Below, piece after piece: positions 1-7,843 of a stretch of DNA of 17,296 bases. The notes under the pieces are model-generated. The model was not told where the DNA came from. It did no database searches and was given only the letters and a program-made list of their open reading frames with translations. The translations under genes and the position numbers were made by a program. Source of the stretch: a bacterium (GTDB taxonomy: Bacteria > SAR324 > NAC60-12); assembly GCA_965233585.1 (NCBI GenBank), contig CBDDTI010000011.1, forward strand, positions 1-17,296, in the 5' to 3' direction. Numbering within the stretch: position 1 is the stretch's first letter; each line of letters opens with the position of its first letter.

Positions 1-523
1 CCTCAGGATTTTGAAGAATATGTTGTAACTGCTCCATGATGAAAGATTTTATGGGCTGAGCACGGAATTCTTCTTCTTTTTTTCTCTCTCAGCAGATACT
101 GGCAGCTCATCTTGGAGCAGTTACAACATATTCTTCGAAAATCTGAGGTATACTTCTTTTGAAAACACTGCAGTACTGGCGATTCATCTTGGAGAAGTTA
201 CAACCATAGATATATTATGCTCATAGATGAACGAGAAAAAAGCTTCTCTGGGGTATTTTAGAAATGACCGAGAGATGAATATTACAAATTCTCGGATCTT
301 TCTTGCATTAAGCATATCAAACGTATTCAGCTGATATAGATCCAACACAGCAAGATAAAAGAAGAATAGATATTACTTTATACAAGGCTAACAAATGTCT
401 CTGTTGGTTACCCCACCATGCACAAGGCTCTAGTGTTCCTCTATGTATATAACAGTACTCTGTGGTTACAACATATTCTTAAAAATTCTGAGTTATACTA
501 ATTCTGATAGCACTGTAGCACTG
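1..523. repeat. Degenerate ~77-bp repeat family in direct and inverted orientation
   Basis: 1-42 is the near-exact reverse complement of 107-148. Direct partial copies start at 97 and 174 (TACTGGC..TCATCTTGGAG.AGTTACAAC), with another at 465-523. Confidence 0.75.
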
Positions 524-747
524 ATTATCTCAAAATGTTTTTTACCTTTCTTCTAGGAAGAAGACACTAGAACAATATCTGAAAATGAGGAAACTTTACG
601 ATGACGGAGAGGACGTAACAAGCAATTCTTTGTGCATTAGTCTTTTTAAAAGGCGGATATGGGGCGTGGCCCAAAATATTTCAGCCTTTAAGCAATAGAT
701 TGCATCACTGGTGAGAGCATGCTCTGGCGAGGGGGAAAATTCGAACC

Positions 748-909
748 CAGGCCCGTAGCCAGGATTTTTTACGGGGGGGGGGCGATCATTTTTTACGGGG
801 GGGGTGCGGGAAATTTTTAACTGTTTATTTTTTTAACAAAAAAGTGGACCTCAGCTGTCTGTGGGGGGGTGCGATCGCACCACTCCCACCCCCCCTGGCT
901 ACGGGCCTG
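748..909. mobile_element. 162-bp MITE with perfect 16-bp TIRs and 5-bp TSD
   Basis: CAGGCCCGTAGCCAGG (748-763) and CCTGGCTACGGGCCTG (894-909) are exact reverse complements. GAACC flanks both sides (743-747, 910-914). Internal G/C runs. Confidence 0.9.
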
Positions 910-1186
910 GAACCCATCTTTCTTACAAAAAGAAGACACTTCTTCCTTCTCTTCTCTCTTAAAAAGCCTTCTAATTAAAAAAAAAAAAAATTATTAACAC
1001 TTGTTTAACAATGAGAAAAAAATTTTCATTTCTAGCAAAGATAGGCAATACTATGGAGAAGACATGTTGAAGTTTTCAGTGCTAACTTTTCACTGACAGA
1101 GAAACAGTGGCAGTAACATCAAAATTTATTGAAGTGACAAAAATATTTTTGTCCGAGTTGATGTGAGCGACATCTACCAAGCTAAA

Positions 1187-1519
1187 ATCTTTTGGCAAAA
1201 TCCAGATCATCTTACTAATTTAGTTGTTGATTTGTTATAATAACTTACATATGGGAAGAGTTCTGCAGCCTGATGCAGATCATTTTATTATGACTTATAG
1301 ACTCATTTTTCAGAACTTTGCCTCCGTTTTGTGACTTTACTTTTGTTCTATGTCATAGCTTCTGTTTTGTGTCACCGCTTCTGTTTTGGAAACTCCAGAA
1401 TTTTTTAAAACAATGACATAAGCACACTGCTGTGAAACTCTTCAAAGGTCCCCACATGTAAGTTATTACTGCACATTAACTGCCAAAGTAGTAAGATGAT
1501 TTAGGTTTTTCCATAAGAT
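1187..1519. mobile_element. Degenerate MITE/foldback element with about 70-80 bp imperfect inverted arms
   Basis: 1187-1256 (ATCTTTTGG..ATCATCTTACTA..TAATAACTTACAT.TGGG) is the imperfect reverse complement of 1449-1519. Short internal repeats GCTTCTGTTTTG. Exact ends and TSD unclear. Confidence 0.7.
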
Positions 1520-3046
1520 GCCACTCATAATGTTTTAAAATTATCGCTTGTCACACAAAACTGGTACGTCGGTCAATGGTTATTTAATTAAGAAAAACAG
1601 ACCATTCATGTTACGTGGTCCGAGCGGTAGGATTGGATGGGTGGCAATGACCATTTTTAGTGATTTTTATATAGTAAGCAAAAAAGACAAAAAACGATCG
1701 TTAACAATAGTTAAGTTAAAAATCAACGGCCCAAACTTTAACGATAAATAAAAAACATTCCCTATTTAAAATGGTGACAGATATTCTCAATATACCTCTA
1801 ACGATTGAAGAGAAAACACGATGTTTGCAAAGATTTTCAAAGAAAACGTGGAAAGGCTATTGGCATGGTCAAAGTACATGCATTTCTAATCTGTAATGTA
1901 TTTTTCTGTGACATGAACATTGGGAAGGTGTCCTTAAAGTAATGAATTTTGAGCAAATACCTACATGACAAAAATGTTAAAGAAATTTCCTCCATATATT
2001 GAGAAAAATTTTGGTGAAAGTATAAAAATTGATAAACCATATGAAAAGGATCTAATCATCACACTCTTCAAACTATTAACAGATATTTTTACCTAAAATT
2101 CAATGACCAAAAGTCATTCATCAACAGGCCCTTCATCAATATACATGCTGCCAACACAAAAACATTACAAGTTTATAAAAAACTAGCTGTAGATGGCAGT
2201 ACCTAATAATAGGAGGGGGGTCGACCATGCCCATAGGAATGTCTTCTCGGAATATATGGGTAAACTTCAGCCCTTTAGGGTTATTTTTCAAGTTTCACAT
2301 TTTTTAGATAATTTCCCCATTTTTTGTTCTTATTTTGCAATCTTTTTCTCTAATTTATGTCTCTATGACTCATGAGTCATGACCAAATTAAATAAAAAGG
2401 AGAAAATGGGATAATTTGTTCTGCTTGTCAGAAAATAATTTCAACAATTCATAGGCACACTCATGGTTTGCTTGTTCGGCTGAAAAAAGTAAGTTTAATG
2501 TTTTGCATGGGATTTTTAAAGGTTCGTCTACAGAGTAACGACCTATTTTTCCCAACTACATATTTCTGATTTACTGTCAAAAAAGGCAATACATTTTCAC
2601 ACTCCTCCATTAGAAAGTCAAAGTTTATTTTAAAGCAAGGAAAGCAAGGTGCTAAAATTTTAATCTTACGGTAATTTCAGAGCAATTAATTCCTTCATAA
2701 AGCAGACGGTGATGTAACGGTTAAGTTGAGCTTTATATGGCGTTCGACCATGAACTTGAAAGCTACAGGATTGTGAAGGTAGTAACTTACTTAGCTATCA
2801 AAATTTACTCAATACTACTTCATTTGAGTTTGACTGATTTAAAAAAAAAACCATTTTGTCTGATGTTTTTTAGGCTTTATCAACAGAGATCAGGGATTTG
2901 TGCAATCAAAGAGTCAGTATTCAGCAATCATACTTTCGAAATTTTTATGAAGTTTGCGTGTGAAAAATGCCGGAAATGGCTTTACAGTGTTAAGTTGCCT
3001 CAAAATTGTAGCAGAAAGTCTTGAATTGGGGTGATTTGAACTTTTT

Positions 3047-3206
3047 TCGCTTACGTAAGGATATTTCTAGGAATATCTGTGGAAAAAGAGAAGAAAAACG
3101 GCGCTAGCTGGGTTGAGAGAGGCAGTGGATATCCTCTTTGGCAAGCTAGCACCGTTTTGCTACCTTTTTTCCACGAATATTCCTAAGATTATCCTTACGT
3201 TAGCGA
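3047..3206. repeat. 160-bp imperfect palindrome (foldback / hairpin element)
   Basis: 65-nt arms 3047-3111 and 3142-3206 align ungapped as reverse complements at 53/65 positions, with a 30-nt spacer. Confidence 0.85.
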
Positions 3207-3207
3207 G

Positions 3208-3492
3208 CAGGACGATCCAACTTGGGGGGGCGGCGCCCTGTTTGCCCGAAAAAATTACGCGGTGCCCGAAACGCAGAGAACAGCAGCAGAGCATCAAATG
3301 TTTCAAGATCCACAGCAAAGGCTTACTCCAAAACAACAACTTTCATATCACAAGTAGTATTTTTTTACGTTCAAGTGTTTCAATTCCATCGCTTATCGTT
3401 TCTTTATTGCCCGAATTTTTGGGCGTTTTGCCCGAATTTTTTTAAACTGGGGGGGCTGCCGCCCCCCAGCCCCCTTGGCAAATATGCCTATG
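3208..3492. mobile_element. 285-bp non-autonomous DNA element (CA...TG ends, 5-bp TSD)
   Basis: GCGAG is duplicated at 3203-3207 and 3493-3497. Ends are CAGGACG.. and ..GCCTATG. Subterminal G/C-run blocks like those of the 748-909 element, and four internal TGCCCGAA motifs. Confidence 0.7.
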
Positions 3493-3500
3493 GCGAGCAC

Positions 3501-4048
3501 GAACGGGCGGAAAGTCCGGGACTCTGTTTTGTAAACGATATTTACTTTTAGAGTTTTAAAGTGTTACTCAAACACTCAAAGAGGAGGCTAGAGGACTGAA
3601 GTCCCTGAGCTTCTAAGTAACACTGAATTTATATTTCTAACCTCGCTTCTGAGGTTAATTTTACTATATACATAATATATACAAAATAGGAACAGAAATA
3701 GAAAGAGGTAAAAAATACCCGTGGATCATGGGGATGTAATCCGGGTCATTGACATGCTTCTTATGCATAGGTGACCGCAAGGGACGATGAGCCATTATCA
3801 CTGGCTCTATTGTCTAGCCATGGGACACGGTAAATGCATTAGGAGAAAAATGGGCTGGCTTTTCTAGCCTCTATTTTTCTTTTGAAGGAGTCAAGGTGAC
3901 GATTTTAAGCGACGTTTTACGATGGGCAAAGTACAATCTTTATGGAGACAAAATACTCTATGTTTTTCTCACTCATTGTTTTTGCACTTCATTCTCGCCT
4001 TCTAATCTTCACACTAAAAATATTCATGAAATATTGCTGGTCCCTTCA
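3501..4048 (-). repeat. 3' LTR (outer terminal nt missing or mutated)
   Basis: On the minus strand it begins TGAAGGGACC at 4048, right after CTTGGGGGCATA. The reconstructed LTR is TGAA...TTCA, i.e. canonical TG..CA with a short terminal inverted repeat. Confidence 0.94.
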
Positions 4049-4060
4049 TATGCCCCCAAG
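4049..4060 (-). promoter_or_regulatory. Putative short polypurine-tract (plus-strand primer) region
   Basis: Minus strand CTTGGGGGCATA lies immediately before the TG of the 3' LTR. The purine run is only 5 G. A longer purine-rich run (AAGAAGAAGAAGTTAGAAAG) lies at 4078-4097. Confidence 0.5.
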
Positions 4061-4712
4061 GAGAATTGGAAAGCTTGCTTTCTAACTTCTTCTTCTTAGG
4101 AGAACTAACTAAACATGTCGAGACTTCCACGATGATAGTGATGTCCAGGTACGCATGAGTCCTGGGTAGCGCGTGCGTTCTTCGGAGGTCTTGTTTTCGA
4201 CATCACTGATCGACATCCGATCGATTCGGATTCTTTCTGTTCCATTGGATTTCCACTGATTTGGATTCTTAATAATTCTGGTATTCTGGTATTTTGATAA
4301 TCGGAATCATCAATTAGTTGTGGTCGCAATTGGGGTAATTGCGCAGTAGCGGTTTGATAATTGCGGCAGATGAGAACTGTGTGCATGGTTGCTAATGATT
4401 TGGTGTTTTCGGGACGACAAGATGTTTGAAGACACAATCTGGACGCTGGATCAGAACAGGGCTTGATTGATTATGGATGCTGATTATCAATGTGCTTCGT
4501 TGAGAAACGAAGGGTCTGCCGGGTGATCAATTCGGGCTTCGCCTGTGTTGGTCTCAGGTTGATTCAGAGCGGATCTGCTTGTCATCTTACGGTTAAGAGT
4601 GTTGGAAATTTATTTGTGGTGTTTGATGACTTGTTATTGCATCTAACCGACAATTAAGCGGTTATGATCTTACTGACCATTTCACTGGTCACGTATTAAG
4701 CATAGATTACTC

Positions 4713-7700
4713 TTACGGCGGGCCGTCGAGAGTATATCCTGGTTGTGGAACGGGAGACTCGGCTAGAGGTGCCTGAGGATAAACCGTTCTTCCACTTGTC
4801 CGGACAGCAGAGTCGGACACATAACTACTTCCTTCGAATTCAGGCTTCCGAATTGGTAAAAGTCTAGGCATGCTCGGAGGCATTTCAGATTGAGCTATAC
4901 TTGAGGAAGGAGGAGTTACATATGGAGGAGGAGATTTGTCCAACCTCTTAAAAGCTGTGACATCTCGATTAAGAGCCTCTATATTTGACTGCACTCTACG
5001 AGTAGATGCTAGTCGCTCTTCCTGCTTAGCTAACCTTTCTTCCTGCCTTCGCACATGGCGGTTCAGCATCTCCGACATTTCCTGTCGTGAGGCTTGTCCT
5101 TCCGGCGAGTTTGGATCGTCGGAATCAGAAGTTTTGAGGTCGTCAATACAACCACAACTAAGGACACGTCTGATGTTCTCACCCATAGTCCTTCTTTTCT
5201 TAGTTGGACTTTCTGTAGGATCAGTATCAGCTCTTCCAGACGCGGCTTTGCGTCGTCGTTGAACTTTCTGATAGTGATGCGTGAACAACACTTCTGTACA
5301 GAATGACCACGCCAATTGTGGCGAACAGCCATGGGCTCTATGTATATACCCACAATTCATGAGTACCTTAAACAAATACCAGACTATACGGCCTACTATA
5401 AAAAGACCAAAGATGGTGGAGAAAATCTCGCCTAGTCCGCGAATAGCTCCCCAAATTTTACCAAGGATAAAAGAGTGCCATGACCCACCCGGTAATGTGT
5501 AAGATGGAAACATCAGCTTAGGGGTGATGTACTGCCCCGGGTTAAGGTTTCCAACCTGGTCGGCCAATTGGTGTACTACCACTTCTTGGCGACGGTTGCC
5601 TTCTAACCACGTTATAAGGTCATCTACCGCATCAGGGTCATATACTCCTCCCTTGCTAAGGTCTATGTCGTTAGCTGGATCAAATAAAACCTTCCTTTTT
5701 AAGGATTCCAGATCAAGGGTACCAGGAGGTTCCGTGATCGAAAGCTGAGGCGTTACGGCAAACCATTGACCAAATATATCCTTATACCTAGCAAAAAACT
5801 GTGATAGGCAAGGGACCTTTTTGGCAACCGAGGTAATTCGGTGCGTCAGAGGTTCAATGTAAAACCTAGGAGCTACTACTTCTTCTCCATCCTCCTGGGT
5901 AAAGGATGTAAGAGTATAGTTATTTTGTGCTACTTCAACCGGGAGGGCGTCGTAGCATGTTTGGGCTTGGATAGCCGCTACAAGTCGAGGTCGACATTTG
6001 TAAAAATAAGCCACTTCTCCAGCTGCGGTTAGGTAGTTAGAACCACCTAATCGGTATGTGTGGAAATTAGGCATTTCGCGGTCCAAGAAGTGTTCAGTCT
6101 TGGTCTTGCGAAGATTCTCTTTGCACTCGTCATGCAAAATTGAGGCAAATTCGCGACGAAGATTACGGGTTATTTCGTGATATACGAAATCATCCCGATT
6201 TGTAATAAAATTAGATAGTTTAAGTTCGTCTTTAGGCAATTCCCTATCGACAAGGTCGCGATCTGGGATTCCGTCAATCATCGTATCCCTGATTAAGAGA
6301 TCTGGATAATTTGTCACCAAAAATTTCTGGTCGCATTCGACTTTGGATCCTTTGATGACAAAACGAACGTGAGAACTATCAGTTGACATAGCCACCTTAT
6401 GTGACTTAATTGTCAAACCTGCTGAGTCGTATTTAACTATCTGTCCCTTAAATCTACGGACATGATATAAAGGGCAATGAGACTTAATGGGGACTCGCCA
6501 AACATATGTTACATCTCCACCGACACAATGTTCATCCTCAATGGGGCAAGTCAACCGGACGTTATTGAAATGTGCAATAACTCCGTCATCGTCTTCCCTA
6601 AGGATAAATTTTTCGTCTCGAAAGAGGATTTCTTCCGTAACATACATGACCATATTGTCAACTAGCACACCGTCAACAAGGAGCCTTCCGCCGCTGCAGG
6701 TAACTTGATTGCCATCCCAGCCATCATAGGCGTTGGCAGTACCGAGAGCGAAATAGCTGATTTCCCTTCTGGTGTTTTTGGCGATACTGTAAGTTTTGCC
6801 ATCTTTGGCACGATACTGCCCCATTTGTAGTCCTCGGCACTCATTATTGGCCAAGACCTTGGGTCGCCTGAAAAAGGTTTCTTGTGGTAAGGGACTCGCG
6901 TGATCTGCGTTTCCGCAGTAGTAGGTGAATTGAGAAATGTATCTCTCACACCTAGATCCTGAGAATTCCCTTCTAGTCTCATATTGGACTATTTGAAATT
7001 GGGTTTCAGACTCTATCTCATATGTGTCCTCATCGCTAGACTCATTGGGTATACAAGGATCGTGTATGAAAGAACTTATAGGCTTAACTTCCATAGGTTT
7101 GGAACAGTCATATCCTACAAGAAATCGTCTATTGACCCGAGCCTTAAGATCACGGAACTGTTCTTTGCTTAGTCCGAGTTCGGTGAGGGCGTCAGGGGCA
7201 ACTTGGCGCCGTTCGCGCGACGCTCGTTTCTCGGCAAATTTACAAGCCGAATCGCGGGCTAAGTCAGTAGTATTGACTTCGGCCAGTTCATGACAACCTG
7301 CATCCTGGAATGGATGATAGGGTTCCGGCTTCCGGTGAGGAATGATCGGAGTAGCATATTTTTTACTCGCCTTAATGCGAGGATCACGGGCCGTAGAAGC
7401 CTGTTGGCGCCTAGGGTCAGCAACTTCCGCAGCTGCAGTGCGAATAGGTTGCTTTTTAGGCTGTTTAGCACGAGTAGCCTGTTTTCGAGGCTTCTTCGTC
7501 CGGACAGGTTGTTTTACCAATGTTCGAGGTTTTTTGGTATACAACTCGCCTCTTGCCTGGTTGTGAGGCTGCCAAGAATACATTTTCGGAAAGTATGTTC
7601 CAACTTTCCACCATTCGGTACCCGAAGCATTACGGGAATTCGTCATCCAGTTAAGGGCTTCGTATTGGACAAAATGACGTTTGCCCTTGGGGTTGTCTAT

Positions 7701-7763
7701 TTTGCCTTGAATTAGGCAAGATAAGTAGATAACTAAAAGAGAGCAGCGCTGGTAGCTTTTCAT
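4713..7763 (-). CDS. env: Envelope-like membrane glycoprotein, chuvirus-G / gB-like class III fusogen type (1016 aa from ATG 7763; ORF open from ATG 7880, 1055 aa)
   Basis: Third ORF position. Signal-peptide-like MKSYQRCSLLVIYLSCLIQG, furin site RERR (7206-7217), Cys-rich ectodomain starting GYDC (7104-7115) with Q-I-V-Q..C..YYCG..H.S, N-glycosylation sequons, hydrophobic TM region about 5285-5480, then a cytoplasmic tail. Confidence 0.85.
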   Translation of the reverse strand: MKSYQRCSLLVIYLSCLIQGKIDNPKGKRHFVQYEALNWMTNSRNASGTEWWKVGTYFPKMYSWQPHNQARGELYTKKPRTLVKQPVRTKKPRKQATRAKQPKKQPIRTAAAEVADPRRQQASTARDPRIKASKKYATPIIPHRKPEPYHPFQDAGCHELAEVNTTDLARDSACKFAEKRASRERRQVAPDALTELGLSKEQFRDLKARVNRRFLVGYDCSKPMEVKPISSFIHDPCIPNESSDEDTYEIESETQFQIVQYETRREFSGSRCERYISQFTYYCGNADHASPLPQETFFRRPKVLANNECRGLQMGQYRAKDGKTYSIAKNTRREISYFALGTANAYDGWDGNQVTCSGGRLLVDGVLVDNMVMYVTEEILFRDEKFILREDDDGVIAHFNNVRLTCPIEDEHCVGGDVTYVWRVPIKSHCPLYHVRRFKGQIVKYDSAGLTIKSHKVAMSTDSSHVRFVIKGSKVECDQKFLVTNYPDLLIRDTMIDGIPDRDLVDRELPKDELKLSNFITNRDDFVYHEITRNLRREFASILHDECKENLRKTKTEHFLDREMPNFHTYRLGGSNYLTAAGEVAYFYKCRPRLVAAIQAQTCYDALPVEVAQNNYTLTSFTQEDGEEVVAPRFYIEPLTHRITSVAKKVPCLSQFFARYKDIFGQWFAVTPQLSITEPPGTLDLESLKRKVLFDPANDIDLSKGGVYDPDAVDDLITWLEGNRRQEVVVHQLADQVGNLNPGQYITPKLMFPSYTLPGGSWHSFILGKIWGAIRGLGEIFSTIFGLFIVGRIVWYLFKVLMNCGYIHRAHGCSPQLAWSFCTEVLFTHHYQKVQRRRKAASGRADTDPTESPTKKRRTMGENIRRVLSCGCIDDLKTSDSDDPNSPEGQASRQEMSEMLNRHVRRQEERLAKQEERLASTRRVQSNIEALNRDVTAFKRLDKSPPPYVTPPSSSIAQSEMPPSMPRLLPIRKPEFEGSSYVSDSAVRTSGRTVYPQAPLAESPVPQPGYTLDGPP

Positions 7764-7843
7764 TGTGAAAACCAAAGTTAGATTGGCAGAAAATCTAATT
7801 GGCAACCCTCTTTTGTACTCGCGAATCAATCGCGTCGCGATCT

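Noticed and set aside
540..620. Possible host exon after polypyrimidine-TAG at 541-556
   Set aside because: Acceptor-like, but no convincing donor, partner exons or recognisable peptide.
1548..3551. Short ORFs in the left flank
   Set aside because: They run across MITE/palindrome boundaries, have low-complexity AT-driven composition and mostly lack credible starts.
3896..4099. Duplicated ~67-69 aa plus-strand ORFs (also 16313-16522)
   Set aside because: They are the same LTR sequence read antisense, start at GTG and have no protein-like features.
4105..4437. 110-aa minus-strand ORF in the 3' UTR as a fourth gene
   Set aside because: Starts at TTG, no recognisable motifs, and neighbouring frames are closed. 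An accessory peptide cannot be excluded but is unsupported.
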